A stretch of 64,000 bases of DNA. It comes from Arsukibacterium sp. UBA3155. Lineage in GTDB: Bacteria > Pseudomonadota > Gammaproteobacteria > Enterobacterales > Alteromonadaceae. The stretch is from the NCBI RefSeq assembly GCF_002364615.1, contig NZ_DEYP01000026.1, positions 54,488-118,487 on the forward strand, read 5' to 3'. Below the pieces are notes generated by a model. That model saw only the letters and a program-made list of their open reading frames with translations. It had not been told where the DNA came from and searched no databases. This document shows positions 32,656-43,968 of the stretch, piece after piece. Position numbers and translations under genes: made by a program. Every line of letters begins with the position of its first letter. Within the stretch, counting starts at the first letter, position 1.

Positions 32656-35400
32656 CTAATTTTGCTGCTCGTTCATCGTCTCTGGCACGGTATCGAATAT
32701 TTTGCCACAGGCCGTACCGGCGCTGCGAACCCGATCAAACAAACCCTGGCCCAGCAACGATAAACCGCCGGTGGCAATGGCTGCACCAATGGTAGCACCG
32801 GCTTTTAATATACCGGACGGGTCAGCTACCGGCTGCGGCTTGCCCAGGGTGCCGCCCAATCTGACGACTGATGCCAGATTGCTCAGGCTGATGCCAAGGC
32901 CATCGCGGGGTGTCGGCACAAAATCGATACGCAGGCTCTCATCATTAAGGTTGATGGTACCACCACCGCGAATTTTCATTTTACTGGTTTCAATAACTAA
33001 CTGTTCCGGACTGGTCAGCACGCCCTGCTTAGCCTTAAAGTATACTGCGGCGCATTCCAGTTCAGTCGTGCTGTCGCGTTTAGCAAAGGGGTTAAGCAGA
33101 TTAATAGTTTGCAGTAAGATATCCGAGCCGAGAACTTCAAACAGATTATTAGTGATAGTCGCGCCCTGGATTTCCAGCGCGATTTCGCCGGTTAAACTGG
33201 AAGCCAGTTGCTGCGGCGTATTACCATTGGCCTGTAAGTTCAGCAATAAGTCTGTTTCGCCCCCATCAATAAGCCCCTTATTCTGCTGCCCCAGATCTGC
33301 CGGTACCAATCCCGACACCATTAACCGGCCGTCTAAGCTGGCGCCCTTATCAAGCTGTTCAATATTTAAATGGCCGCGTACTTTGCCCTGCGCCAACTCA
33401 GCGTCAAACGGCTCAGCCTGAAGCTTGGAGTCCCGTATTACCAGCTGGGTTTTAATATTACTAAATGTGGTCTGGTTAAATTGCAGGCTGCCAATTGTCA
33501 TCGCGACATTAGCAGTGGCAGCACTTAACCAACCCCAGTTAAGCGGGCTATCTGAAATCAAATCGCCACTATCTTCATCCACGCTTTCGCCCTTACCCTC
33601 CAGTGTTTCAGCAGTGGTGGTGGCAAAGCGATTTAAATCAATTTCTGGTGCATGAAAATGGCCATTTATTGCCACAAGCCTTTGAGTGTTATTCACGGTT
33701 AAACTACCCTCCAGCTGGCTATCACCAAGGCTGATATTAAAAGGATCAATTTGGTACAGCGTATTGTTGCCGGCAAGCTGTATTTTTAGTGTTAACGGCA
33801 GGAAGCTATCCCAGCGCGCAGTATCAATCTTGCTAAACGCAGAAAAATTTTCAATGTTTGCTACCAGCGTGGCACGGGGCTGTTCTGCGCTAAGCTGAGT
33901 AAAAGTGGTAGTAAGCTCAGCGTCGACGCCCACTGTTTTCAGCGTAATAACCAATGGCCAACCGGCTGGCTGTTCTGCTTGCTGAAAATCCAGCTTCATT
34001 GTCGCATTCAGCGGGCTTTCCAGTTGCCAGGCAGGTGTCGGTGAATTGCTGTCCTCTCCCTCGCTAACGGGATGCTGATAGATTGTTGCGCCCGCCAGTT
34101 CGGCCGTTACGTCCATGGCGTCGTTGCGGCTGCTGATATTGACGTTAAGATTTTGCGCCCGGTGCTGCTGATAATGCAGCTGTGCTGCCTGCAGATCAAG
34201 GTCGATTGACCACTGTGCCAGCCGTTGCAAAATTGCCGTTAAATCGGTTGCCGATTGCTTTTGCCCATCGTTTTTGCCGGCAACGACAGGAAATTGGTCC
34301 AGTGCAAGATTACTGGCTGTTATTTTGCCTGTCAGGCTGTGGCTAGTGGTATTTAAGATGCCGTTTGCCTGCAGCGAGCTATCCGCAAAATCCAGTGACA
34401 GGTTCTGTAAAGTGAAGGCTGGCTGCCCGGCAACAGCCTTAGCACTGAGCTGAAGCGGTTGACCACCCACTGCGCCGCTAAGTTTGAGTCCCCAGTGTCC
34501 CTGCTGCGGTGCTTTAAGGCTGCCATCCAGGTTTATTGGCGCTATCGGGCCAAGGTCTCTGTTAATTAAACTCCCAAGCGTGTCGTGCTCAGTTAACCGC
34601 ACGCTGACTGTTGCTTCACCCGGTGTAATGCCATCGCTGCCTACAGTGCCGTTAAGCCGTATTTCAGCGCCAAAGCCAGCAGCGTAAAAATCTACATCCC
34701 TGGCCTGGTCAGAGCGGGGCAATGCCAGTCTGCCCGATCCGGTAAGTGGCTGGTCCTCATGGCTTGCCTGAAGCTTGACCAGCAACCGTTCATCTGACTC
34801 TTTTGTCAGCGTTAATTGCGATACCGTCAACTGGTTTGACTGATCGTCTTTTTCAGGGCTTGCTATGGTGCGGCTGTAAGTCAGGTCTGCAATATCAACT
34901 TCAGAAAAACTAAACAGCGCCGGGCGAGTGTTTCTGCTGGCGTTATCAGAAGGCTTGGCCGGTGTTTTTCCGGGGTTAGTCTTGTTGCTGTCAGAGTGTT
35001 GATTTTCAGAGCGTGGCAGCGCAGTACTCCAGTTAGTTAAGCCGTCATCCCGGTCAATAAGCTGCAGCTCAATGCCGCTTGCAGCCGCCCGCCACCAGCT
35101 CGGCGCAGAAGTAAAATAATTGCCCACATCTATAACCAGTTCTGCTTGTGCTACTTTTAGCAAATTTTTGCCGATGGGTGTTTCAGGATTGCTAAGATTA
35201 AGATTGGTGGCAGCTAGTCGTGGCGGAAAAAGGTCTACCTGCAGCGTGTCCACGTTCAGCTGATAACCTGTGGCAGCGGTTAGCTGTGCTTGCAGCAAAC
35301 CAAGGTAAGATTTGGGCGCGACCAGCAATACCGTAAGGGCGATAGCGATTGTCGCTGCCAGGCCGAGGATAATCCAGCCAGTAATTTTTAGTGTACGCAT
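32656..35400 (-). CDS. AsmA-family protein
   Basis: N-terminal membrane anchor, long beta-taco-like body, C-terminal AsmA-type region (GGGTINLNDE...GTLGKP). Confidence 0.8.
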   Translation of the reverse strand: MRTLKITGWIILGLAATIAIALTVLLVAPKSYLGLLQAQLTAATGYQLNVDTLQVDLFPPRLAATNLNLSNPETPIGKNLLKVAQAELVIDVGNYFTSAPSWWRAAASGIELQLIDRDDGLTNWSTALPRSENQHSDSNKTNPGKTPAKPSDNASRNTRPALFSFSEVDIADLTYSRTIASPEKDDQSNQLTVSQLTLTKESDERLLVKLQASHEDQPLTGSGRLALPRSDQARDVDFYAAGFGAEIRLNGTVGSDGITPGEATVSVRLTEHDTLGSLINRDLGPIAPINLDGSLKAPQQGHWGLKLSGAVGGQPLQLSAKAVAGQPAFTLQNLSLDFADSSLQANGILNTTSHSLTGKITASNLALDQFPVVAGKNDGQKQSATDLTAILQRLAQWSIDLDLQAAQLHYQQHRAQNLNVNISSRNDAMDVTAELAGATIYQHPVSEGEDSNSPTPAWQLESPLNATMKLDFQQAEQPAGWPLVITLKTVGVDAELTTTFTQLSAEQPRATLVANIENFSAFSKIDTARWDSFLPLTLKIQLAGNNTLYQIDPFNISLGDSQLEGSLTVNNTQRLVAINGHFHAPEIDLNRFATTTAETLEGKGESVDEDSGDLISDSPLNWGWLSAATANVAMTIGSLQFNQTTFSNIKTQLVIRDSKLQAEPFDAELAQGKVRGHLNIEQLDKGASLDGRLMVSGLVPADLGQQNKGLIDGGETDLLLNLQANGNTPQQLASSLTGEIALEIQGATITNNLFEVLGSDILLQTINLLNPFAKRDSTTELECAAVYFKAKQGVLTSPEQLVIETSKMKIRGGGTINLNDESLRIDFVPTPRDGLGISLSNLASVVRLGGTLGKPQPVADPSGILKAGATIGAAIATGGLSLLGQGLFDRVRSAGTACGKIFDTVPETMNEQQN

Positions 35401-35650
35401 AAGGGTACCCCATGCTTAACTTAAGTTTTCTCCATAAGCGGTACTTCATTTAACCGCACTGCGGTAACGCAAAGTGTTATGATCCGGGCAAACCGGTTTA
35501 TCTGAAATGTATGCAATAACTATTCCTGCCGCCCCTTTGGTGTACTACGTGTCAATGGCAAGCCGGCTGCCGATTGTCGCTCAGACCAATTCCGGCTAAA
35601 CTCTGCTAGCGGTGCAACACGCTTATTTTCCATTAAAAAACTGATTAGTA

Positions 35651-35959
35651 ATGAAAAAATTATCCAAGGTGCAACTTAAACAACAAGCGGCAGTGCTTAG
35701 CGCGGTGACAGCATTAGAGCAACAGGCGCAGGCAGAATTGCAGGCTGTGGTGCAATGCTGGTTTAGCCTTGAGTATGAAGCGCTTCCTGGTTCTTTGCTG
35801 GTGCGGCTACAGTTTGCAGACGAGGCCGGGCTTGAGGCCGCGCAGCCGCACCTGCTAATCTGGCAAAAACGACTTAGCGGTTTATTGCTTAAAAAAGGGT
35901 TTGTGCTCAAAGATATGCGCAAGCATCTGGTATTTACCTGCAACAGCCCTGATGACTAG
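35651..35959 (+). CDS. Small hypothetical protein
   Basis: 102-aa ORF with plausible composition; no motif recognised. Confidence 0.6.
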   Translation: MKKLSKVQLKQQAAVLSAVTALEQQAQAELQAVVQCWFSLEYEALPGSLLVRLQFADEAGLEAAQPHLLIWQKRLSGLLLKKGFVLKDMRKHLVFTCNSPDD

Positions 35960-36018
35960 CCAGCGTTGACCCGCGCAGCCGCTTTCCCAACCAGCCAATT
36001 AAACGGATACGTTGAACC

Positions 36019-36993
36019 ATGAAATACACCTTAGGCGCTTATGCTGCATCACCCAATCATAGTGGCTGGAACCCTGAGCTGGAAACGGCTTTTTATAATG
36101 CATTAAAAGCGTTACCAAATATTAAAGGGCTGGAGCATCCTTTTTTAGGTCAGTTGCATCAGCATGACGACGCCTGGTTTTTAACCAATATCGACCCAAA
36201 GTGGGATTATGTGTTTACCTGCATCCCCGGTATTATGAATGCGTTGGGCCAGAACCCCAAATTTGGCATTGCCTCAGATGACGATGCCGGGCGCCAGGCA
36301 GCGCTGAATTTTATGCAACAGGCATGCGCGGCAATTAGCAAATTAAATGCCCATGCTGGCCGAAAGGTTGTTACTGCTATTCAAATTCAAACCGCGCCGG
36401 CCCGCCATAAAGCAGCGTCATCTAAGGCTTCACTGCGCGCATCGCTAAAAACGATGCTCGGCTGGGACTGGCAGGGCGCCCAAATCGTTATTGAACACTG
36501 TGACGCTTATGTCGACAGCCATCTACCTTCAAAAGGCTTTTTAGCGTTATCTGACGAGCTGGAAGTATTAACCGCTGTTAATGCAACTATCCCTGAACAG
36601 CAGCAGCTGGGCATGGTAATTAACTGGGGCCGCTCGGTATTTGAGACCCGCACGGTAGCAGGCGCGGTGCAGCATATTGAAGCAGCAAAGGCGGCCGGGT
36701 TATTACGCGGTGTAATGTTCTCCGGCGTATCAGATAAGGATAGTGAATACGGTGCCTGGCGTGACTCTCATCAGCCAGCGCAGCAAAGTGAGTTGATTAA
36801 GCACGGTGAGCCGGGTAGCTGGATGAGTGAAACGGCAATTCATCAGTGTCTGGCAGCCTGCGATAAGCTCGAAACCTTGCAGATATTAGGGGCAAAAATC
36901 GGCATCAGGCCGTTAAATGCCTCAATTGAGCAACGATTTGCAGTTATCCACGAGACATTGGCGATACTGGATCGCTATTTTGAGGCTACTTAA
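36019..36993 (+). CDS. DUF4862 (YiaX-like) protein
   Basis: GAYAASP, GLEHPF, IEHCDA, INWGRS, GVMFSG, DSHQP pattern recalled for this family. Confidence 0.7.
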   Translation: MKYTLGAYAASPNHSGWNPELETAFYNALKALPNIKGLEHPFLGQLHQHDDAWFLTNIDPKWDYVFTCIPGIMNALGQNPKFGIASDDDAGRQAALNFMQQACAAISKLNAHAGRKVVTAIQIQTAPARHKAASSKASLRASLKTMLGWDWQGAQIVIEHCDAYVDSHLPSKGFLALSDELEVLTAVNATIPEQQQLGMVINWGRSVFETRTVAGAVQHIEAAKAAGLLRGVMFSGVSDKDSEYGAWRDSHQPAQQSELIKHGEPGSWMSETAIHQCLAACDKLETLQILGAKIGIRPLNASIEQRFAVIHETLAILDRYFEAT

Positions 36994-37046
36994 GTCTAGC
37001 GGACTAGGCCAAACCTGTTTGACCTTTTTGGCTTTGGCTTAGTTTC

Positions 37047-39119
37047 CTATTTACTTGGCGTGCGGTATTTCTCAAACCAGGCCAGCATATATTCTACTTT
37101 TTCAATCATCCGGCTTGGTGTGTTCGAAATACCATGTGGCGAGCCGGGGATCCTTACCAGCGCTGTATCTACCCGGCGAATTTGTAGCGCCTGATAAAAC
37201 TGCTCTGACTCTGAAATTGGCGTGCGCCGGTCCTGCTCGCCGGTGATAAGAATAGTGGGCGTTTGCACATTACCTACCAGGCTCAGTGGCGAGCGCTGCC
37301 AGTAATGATCAACATGCTCCCAGGGTACGCCGGGAAACTGATAAAAGGTCTGGTACAGGTAGCTGTCACCGGTAAGTACCTTGCTCAGCCAGTTAATCAC
37401 CGGCTTTATTACTGCTGCAGCTTTATAGCGATTAGTTAAACCAATAGCATAGGCTGCAGCAATACCACCAGCCGAACCGCCACCGATAAACAGGTTGTTT
37501 TCATCAATAAAGCCAAGCGCAAGCATGGCATTCACACCGCTGTCGTGGTCGGCATAGTCTTCCGGCGAGCTGTATTTATTTTGCAACAACAGCGCAAAGC
37601 GTTCGCCATAGGATGAGCTGCCACGGTGGTTATCGTATAACACCACATAGCCCTCTTTGGCATAGCGCTGCATTTCTGCGCTCCACTGCGCGCCATAAGC
37701 TAAGTGTGGCCCGCCATGAATTTCCAGCAACAAGGGGTACTTTTTGGCCGGGTCAAAATCCGGCGGTGTCATATACCAGCCCTGAATATCCTCACCATCG
37801 AACGACGATTTATAGTTAATTTCATGCACCTGCGCCAATTTTTTATGGCCCAGTAGGTCTTCGTTCAGCGCCGTCAATACCGTGCTTTTACCTTTTTGCA
37901 GCACAGCAACATCGCTCGGCCGCTGGCTGGTACCATGGGTATAGGCGATAACGCCATTGTCAGAAAGGCTGAAACTGCCGCTTAAATAAGGCTGCGGTTG
38001 TGACACCCCACCTAAACTGCCAGTCAGCTCAGTGAGTTTATCCTTGGTCGTTAACGTTGCCAGTTTGCGCTGGCCATGGTCATCGTATTGCACCACAAAG
38101 CTGCTATTGCTTTGCCAGTCAGCCGCAGCAATACTGCGGTCAAAATCTGCGGCAACATCGCTGATGCTATTATTGCTAAGGTTCAGTATTTTTAACTTAC
38201 TGTTGCTGTAGGGCACCAATGCATTGCTTTGCCATAAAAAGGCCAGCTGTTTGCCGTCGGGCGAAAACACCGGTGCAGACTCATCACCAGCAATAGTGGT
38301 CAGGGCAGTCAGCTCATTACTGGCTAAGTCCAGCCGGTACAGATTGCTGTCGCGGGGCTGAAACTCCCACTCGGCGTCCAGGTTAGCTGAGAACACCAGT
38401 GCTTTGCTATCGGGGGTAAAGCTAAGATCACTACCATAGTGGAAGTCACCAGAGGTGAGCTGACGAGCGCTACCACCCGTTACTGGCAGCACAAAAATCT
38501 GACGGAACTGTGGCTTTAAAAACCCCTGACCATCGGCCTGGTAACGGGCCCTGTCCAGCACGACTGCAGACTCTGACCACTTAGCGCCTTCAGGCTTTTT
38601 AACCTTTTTCACCCGCTGTTTCACATCGGCTTCGCTGGCTGCCACATTCATGGTAAGTGCCAGCTGAGTGCCATCCGGTGACCAGCTCAGGTTAGCCGGG
38701 CTTTGCGCTAAGCGTGATAACTGAGCAGTTTTATTCCCGGCCAGATAATGCAAATGAATTTGTCGGCTACCGCTGACATTGCTGATAAAGGCCAGTTTTT
38801 TGCCATCGGGTGACCAGCGCGGCTGACTGTAGTTAAAATTATCTGCAAATAGTGGCAGTTGCTGGCCGGTTTTTACATCCAGCAGCCACAAGCTGGTGCG
38901 GGTGCTGTCGGTCATAATATCGTTGCTGGCCCGCACATAAACAATTTTGCTGCCATCGGGCGATATTTGCACGTCGCTGGCATATTCCAAAGCAAAAATA
39001 TCTTCAGCTTCAAAATACGGGCTGCTGGTAGTGCTGGCAGCAACTGGCATAGCATTAAACAGCGCGCTGCCCAGCAGTGCACTGGCTAAAAACTTAATGG
39101 CTAACGGAGTAAGTTTCAC
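37047..39119 (-). CDS. S9 family peptidase (acylaminoacyl/dipeptidyl aminopeptidase-like)
   Basis: Signal peptide, PD40-like WSPDG repeats, EIHGGP, GGSAGG nucleophile, GEQDRR Asp, SPHG His. Confidence 0.92.
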   Translation of the reverse strand: MKLTPLAIKFLASALLGSALFNAMPVAASTTSSPYFEAEDIFALEYASDVQISPDGSKIVYVRASNDIMTDSTRTSLWLLDVKTGQQLPLFADNFNYSQPRWSPDGKKLAFISNVSGSRQIHLHYLAGNKTAQLSRLAQSPANLSWSPDGTQLALTMNVAASEADVKQRVKKVKKPEGAKWSESAVVLDRARYQADGQGFLKPQFRQIFVLPVTGGSARQLTSGDFHYGSDLSFTPDSKALVFSANLDAEWEFQPRDSNLYRLDLASNELTALTTIAGDESAPVFSPDGKQLAFLWQSNALVPYSNSKLKILNLSNNSISDVAADFDRSIAAADWQSNSSFVVQYDDHGQRKLATLTTKDKLTELTGSLGGVSQPQPYLSGSFSLSDNGVIAYTHGTSQRPSDVAVLQKGKSTVLTALNEDLLGHKKLAQVHEINYKSSFDGEDIQGWYMTPPDFDPAKKYPLLLEIHGGPHLAYGAQWSAEMQRYAKEGYVVLYDNHRGSSSYGERFALLLQNKYSSPEDYADHDSGVNAMLALGFIDENNLFIGGGSAGGIAAAYAIGLTNRYKAAAVIKPVINWLSKVLTGDSYLYQTFYQFPGVPWEHVDHYWQRSPLSLVGNVQTPTILITGEQDRRTPISESEQFYQALQIRRVDTALVRIPGSPHGISNTPSRMIEKVEYMLAWFEKYRTPSK

Positions 39120-39228
39120 GGGTAGGTTCTCGTTGTTCTCGCAGTAAAGATTAAACTACCTGCTTTGTGTTTTGGGTTCAAACGGACCACGACCAACCAG
39201 CCGTTTTAAGCGCCTGATAGCGCAATTG

Positions 39229-40167
39229 TTATTGCAGTACTGCTTGACGAAAACAATTTCGGCCACTTTGTTTAGCGGCATATAATTGTTTATCAGCTAA
39301 TGCTGTAATGGCTTCTTTTGACGCTTCATCGTAGGGGCTGGTAGCGCCACCAATACTAATGGTAACAATACCATGCTCAGTAGTTGGGTGCGGTATCGCT
39401 AATTCAGCAATGGCCGTCAGTAACTTGCCGGCCACTTTATCAGCTCCCTGCCGGTCGGTATTCGGCAGTATGACCACAAATTCTTCGCCACCATAGCGGG
39501 CCACAATGTCGTTTGGTCGTAAGCAAACGTCTTCTAATGTCTCAGCCACCCTGCGCAGTGCTTCGTCACCAGCCAAATGGCCAAATTGATCGTTAAATAA
39601 TTTAAAATGATCAATATCTATCATTAACATCGATATTTCGCGCTGCTTTTGCCTTTTACCGATAGCAATTTGTTTCTCAAGGTTACTGTCTAAAAAACGT
39701 CGGTTAAAGATGCCGGTAAGGCCATCTACATAAGCAAGCGAATGTAAAAAGTCAGTTTGACGCTTTAAGGTTAAATGCGCTTTAATTCTATGCAGGAGTG
39801 TATTGGCATTAACGGGTTTCTGGATAAAGTCTACCGCGCCAGCTTGCCAGCAGGCATCTTCTTCTTCCTGCTCATGCAATCCGGTAACAAAAATAACGGG
39901 GATGGCCGCAATAGTTTCATCTGCCTTCATGGCCTTACATGTCTGCAGTCCATCCATATCAGGCATCATAACATCCAGCAAAATTAAATCTGGCGCACTG
40001 TCGCGGCAAACCTGCAGAGCCTGCACTCCGGATGTTGCCATGAGTACCTGATAATTATCGCCAAGAATATGATAGATAATTTGTATATTGGTCGGTTGGT
40101 CATCTACCACTAAAACAGTAGCTTTACCAAGCGACGCTAAAAAACGATCCATTTTTATATCAGCCAT
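39229..40167 (-). CDS. Response-regulator diguanylate cyclase (REC-GGDEF)
   Basis: VVDD and LLDVMMP receiver motifs; RPND I-site and GGEEF active site. Confidence 0.93.
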   Translation of the reverse strand: MADIKMDRFLASLGKATVLVVDDQPTNIQIIYHILGDNYQVLMATSGVQALQVCRDSAPDLILLDVMMPDMDGLQTCKAMKADETIAAIPVIFVTGLHEQEEEDACWQAGAVDFIQKPVNANTLLHRIKAHLTLKRQTDFLHSLAYVDGLTGIFNRRFLDSNLEKQIAIGKRQKQREISMLMIDIDHFKLFNDQFGHLAGDEALRRVAETLEDVCLRPNDIVARYGGEEFVVILPNTDRQGADKVAGKLLTAIAELAIPHPTTEHGIVTISIGGATSPYDEASKEAITALADKQLYAAKQSGRNCFRQAVLQ

Positions 40168-40170
40168 ACA

Positions 40171-43100
40171 TCACTCTTGTTGTTGATCAAGTAGTTGCTG
40201 AAGTATTGCAGCTGCATCCTGAAAAGCCAATACCGAAATACGTTCGGCTAGCGCCTTCGCCAAGACAGCATCTTGTTTTATTAACTCGCTTTGAAGGTCT
40301 TTAAACAACATTGTTGCTGACATATTTGCATTATTAAGATGGCGCAATAATATCTGCATATTACTTAGCAGTACCTCTTTATCCATGGGCTCCGGCTTAG
40401 CGACGGAAGGTTCAATGGCCGCTTGGTATTTTAACAATTCGGCAAGATGCTCCAGACTCGACCGGCAGGCGTCAATTAGCAGGTGTTCTGAAAGCATGTC
40501 AGTGGCTTCAGCCTGTGCGGATTGCTGCTCAAACCGGCCAGAAATATCAGCCAGTTCACTGAACCCGACGGTTGCGGCGGCGCTTTTCAGGCTATGGGAT
40601 AGCAAATGCAAATCCCGCGTTGAATCATGCGCTTCTAATACAATAAGGGCAGCGTTTATATCTTTTTGTAATTGCGCAGCAAGTTTAAAATAAAGCGGCA
40701 CATTACCAGCCAGTCGCTTTAATGCAGTTTTAATATCGATATGATGTTCTGCACAAAAATCGTGTAGTGAGTCGTCTAAGTGCGATTTTTCCGGTGTAGC
40801 TTGTTGCCCTGAAAGTGGTTGATGCTGACAGTAATGGCAAACTTTATCGATAACTTCCTGCAACGAAAACGGCTTGGCAATATGGTCGTTCATTCCTGCC
40901 TTAAGACAGGCGGCTTTATCTGTAGGCAACGCATTTGCGGTCATAGCAATAATAGGAACTTGTTTCAGTGACAGATCACTGCGGATACGTCTTGTTGTTT
41001 CATAGCCATCTATTTTTGGCATCTGAATATCCATCAGAATGGCATCAAAAACATAGTCGGTATCTGCCAGTATTTCCAGCGCCCGTTCGCCGCTATCGGC
41101 CGGAGTGACGGTGGCTCCCTCAGCCTGTAACAGTTCAATCGCGACCAGCTGGTTCGTTAAATTATCCTCGACTAACAGAATATGTAGCCCTGCCAGCGGT
41201 TGCAGGCGCAGGTCCGGGCTTGTATTGTTCGACGAGACCGGCTCACCGTGCACAATGGTTTGTACAGTTTTTAACATCACATCAGGGGTAACCGGTTTAA
41301 TCAGAAAACCGTCCAGCAAGGTTTTATTACTATCAGTGTTTTTTGTTAAGACCTCTCTGCCGTGGGCCGTTACCATGACAATAATGGGGGCAAGGGAAAG
41401 TTGTTTGTTTTTACGAACCTGCTCGGCAAACGCCAGGCCATCCATGCCTGGCATTTTCCAGTCCACCAATAATAAGGTGTAAGGGTTGTCCTGTACCTGA
41501 GGTGTACTTAACAGCTGGAGCGCCTCTTCCGCACTTTGGGCGCAATCTGCCTGCCAGCCGAGGGTAAGGCACATTTCCTGCAGTATCAGCCTGGCACTGG
41601 CATTGTCATCAACAATAAGCGCATGAAAAAGGGGGGTGCTATGTTGCGGTATCGGAAAGACCAACTCCTCGCTGATTTTGTGCAGCGCCATGCTAAACGA
41701 GAACTCACTGCCAACATCAGGCGTACTTTGTACTTTAATCGTACCGCCCATCAAATTAACCAGCCGTTTACTGATGGCAAGGCCCAGACCGGTACCACCA
41801 AAACGGCGTGTTATTGACGACTCCGCCTGATGAAAACCACTAAAAATGACTTCTTGTTGTTTTTTGGTCATGCCAATACCGGTGTCACGAACCTGAACAT
41901 TCAGAATAATCTTGTCTGAAATACTCAGCGTTACCCCAACCGAGACAATGACTTCACCCTGCTCGGTAAACTTAATAGCATTACCAACAATATTTAATAA
42001 AACTTGCTTAATGCGTAAGCTATCACCGCTTAATTGATCCGGAACGTCTGCGGCTATCCTATACAGTACCTCTACATCTTTATCCTCAGTAGCTGACGAT
42101 AAAATAATACCGACGTCCTGCATCAGCATCGCCATGCTAAAGGGATGGTTATCCAGCTCAAGCTTACCCGACTCTACTTTAGAAAAGTCCAGAATATCAT
42201 TTAGCAGTGACAGCAACGATTGGGCTGCCCGGTAGGTTTTACTGATGTAATCTGTCTGGCGTTGATCAAGTGCTGTTTTCTGAGTTAATTGCAGCAGACC
42301 GAGGATAGCGTTCATTGGGGTGCGTATTTCATGGCTCATATTGGCCAGAAAATCTGATTTAGCATTGTTGGCGGTATCGGCCACTTCTTTCGCGGCGGCA
42401 AGCTCATTTTCCCGGCGAATTTGCTCGGTTAAATCATAAGCTATACCCAAGTAGCCAACAATATTACCTTCAGCGTTGACCAGGCTGCTGACGTTTAAGC
42501 GCACGGCGATATGGTCGCCGGTTTTTGTGACATAGGTCCAGCGATTTGCATCATTTTTACCTAGCCGGGCTTTAGCGACAAAGGTGTCAAAACCCACAGC
42601 AACTTCAGTACCCAGTTCCCGACTCAGCTTTGCTGCCCGCTGAGTCACTTCTTCTTCGAGGTGGAATATCGCGGGTGTGTTTTTCGCTATCATCTCCTCC
42701 GCCTTATACCCCAATAGCATTTCAGCGGCCGGGTTAAACACCGTAATCAGGCCATCAACGTCGGTGGCAATAATGGCATAGCCGGCACTTTCTAAAATAG
42801 TGCGCTGTAACGCACTCACCTGGCTTATTTCAGCTGTTCGGCGGGCAACCTGAACTTCAAGCTCTGCGTTTGCTTTGGTTAAAGCGGCTTCATTTATTTC
42901 CCTTAATTCGGCTTTGTGCAGTGCCATTTGTTTACGGCGCAACAGTAACAGTTGTAACGTGAATACAATAAGGGAGATTAAAATCGTTAAGCTCATGATC
43001 TCACGATACAAGCTATTGTAAGAAGGTAACGCCAACTCTGTTACAAATTGCTCAGTCGGTGCCAGCTCAAGCTGCCATTGCCGGCCAAACAGGCTCAGTT

Positions 43101-43968
43101 GCGACTGTTGCTGATATTCACGCAGGGCAGCTGTCTCGTTACCGCGCTGAAAAAAATTGATATTCTGGCTATCAGTAATATCACTAATATTCAGTACCAC
43201 GTTCGGTCCAAGGCCGGCTATTGTGCTAAGTACTTCATCAATTAATAACGCTGCATAACTCCAGCCAAACAAATGCTGAATCCTTTCCTGCCCGGTTGTT
43301 GGCGCCGGGGTAATGTTATAAACAGGTATTAAGATTAGAAAGCCTTGCTGACTTTTTTGCTCCGCCTGCACCAGGGTAATCGGCGCAGTTAATCTTACGG
43401 CGTTATTCTGCGCGGCACTCATGGCGGCATAGCGGCGCATAGCTTCTGAACCGATATCCAGGCCGATAGCCTCGTTATTGTGTATTTCCGGTTCAATATA
43501 CTGGATTACCAGTAAACTATCGTTATGGGGGGTAAGTTGCCGAAGCGCAAATTGTTTATCCGGGCGTTCTTGTTTTGCACTCTCAATAAACTCAGCCAGA
43601 TTACGTTGCGCCACATAGCGGACAAAACCAAAACCTCGTGCCCCCGGAAATTCCAGTGGGTAATCGCGGGTATTGGTATATTCCTGCATAAGTTGATAAT
43701 TAAATTTTTCCGGTGACGATGCCATCACTGCGCCACGGGTGCCGCGCAAGCCATACTGGTAAAGTGTAACCTTCTCTCTGACCCCTTCACTAATTTGACT
43801 CAGCCGCGACTGCACGGCCTGACTTATTCGTTGCTGTTGTTGAATTTGCTCTTTATCAACGGCCCGTTCTGCCAAAATGTATCCAAAGATCAACAAACTT
43901 AACGGTAACCATAAAGAAAATAAAAATTGCCTGAGTTTCAAACTTTTATTACCTTTATTAGCGCTCAT
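40171..43968 (-). CDS. Hybrid sensor histidine kinase (CHASE-PAS-HisKA-HATPase-REC-REC-HPt)
   Basis: CHASE motifs (YIEP, AIGLD, APITLVQ), FLANMSHEIRTPMN, GNAIKFT, DTGIG, GTGLGL, two receivers, SHSLKSAA HPt. Confidence 0.93.
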   Translation of the reverse strand: MSANKGNKSLKLRQFLFSLWLPLSLLIFGYILAERAVDKEQIQQQQRISQAVQSRLSQISEGVREKVTLYQYGLRGTRGAVMASSPEKFNYQLMQEYTNTRDYPLEFPGARGFGFVRYVAQRNLAEFIESAKQERPDKQFALRQLTPHNDSLLVIQYIEPEIHNNEAIGLDIGSEAMRRYAAMSAAQNNAVRLTAPITLVQAEQKSQQGFLILIPVYNITPAPTTGQERIQHLFGWSYAALLIDEVLSTIAGLGPNVVLNISDITDSQNINFFQRGNETAALREYQQQSQLSLFGRQWQLELAPTEQFVTELALPSYNSLYREIMSLTILISLIVFTLQLLLLRRKQMALHKAELREINEAALTKANAELEVQVARRTAEISQVSALQRTILESAGYAIIATDVDGLITVFNPAAEMLLGYKAEEMIAKNTPAIFHLEEEVTQRAAKLSRELGTEVAVGFDTFVAKARLGKNDANRWTYVTKTGDHIAVRLNVSSLVNAEGNIVGYLGIAYDLTEQIRRENELAAAKEVADTANNAKSDFLANMSHEIRTPMNAILGLLQLTQKTALDQRQTDYISKTYRAAQSLLSLLNDILDFSKVESGKLELDNHPFSMAMLMQDVGIILSSATEDKDVEVLYRIAADVPDQLSGDSLRIKQVLLNIVGNAIKFTEQGEVIVSVGVTLSISDKIILNVQVRDTGIGMTKKQQEVIFSGFHQAESSITRRFGGTGLGLAISKRLVNLMGGTIKVQSTPDVGSEFSFSMALHKISEELVFPIPQHSTPLFHALIVDDNASARLILQEMCLTLGWQADCAQSAEEALQLLSTPQVQDNPYTLLLVDWKMPGMDGLAFAEQVRKNKQLSLAPIIVMVTAHGREVLTKNTDSNKTLLDGFLIKPVTPDVMLKTVQTIVHGEPVSSNNTSPDLRLQPLAGLHILLVEDNLTNQLVAIELLQAEGATVTPADSGERALEILADTDYVFDAILMDIQMPKIDGYETTRRIRSDLSLKQVPIIAMTANALPTDKAACLKAGMNDHIAKPFSLQEVIDKVCHYCQHQPLSGQQATPEKSHLDDSLHDFCAEHHIDIKTALKRLAGNVPLYFKLAAQLQKDINAALIVLEAHDSTRDLHLLSHSLKSAAATVGFSELADISGRFEQQSAQAEATDMLSEHLLIDACRSSLEHLAELLKYQAAIEPSVAKPEPMDKEVLLSNMQILLRHLNNANMSATMLFKDLQSELIKQDAVLAKALAERISVLAFQDAAAILQQLLDQQQE

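Noticed and set aside
35485-35520. GGGCAAACC resembling the start of a c-di-GMP-I riboswitch
   Set aside because: The paired stem, GACGCAAAG segment and second hairpin are absent.
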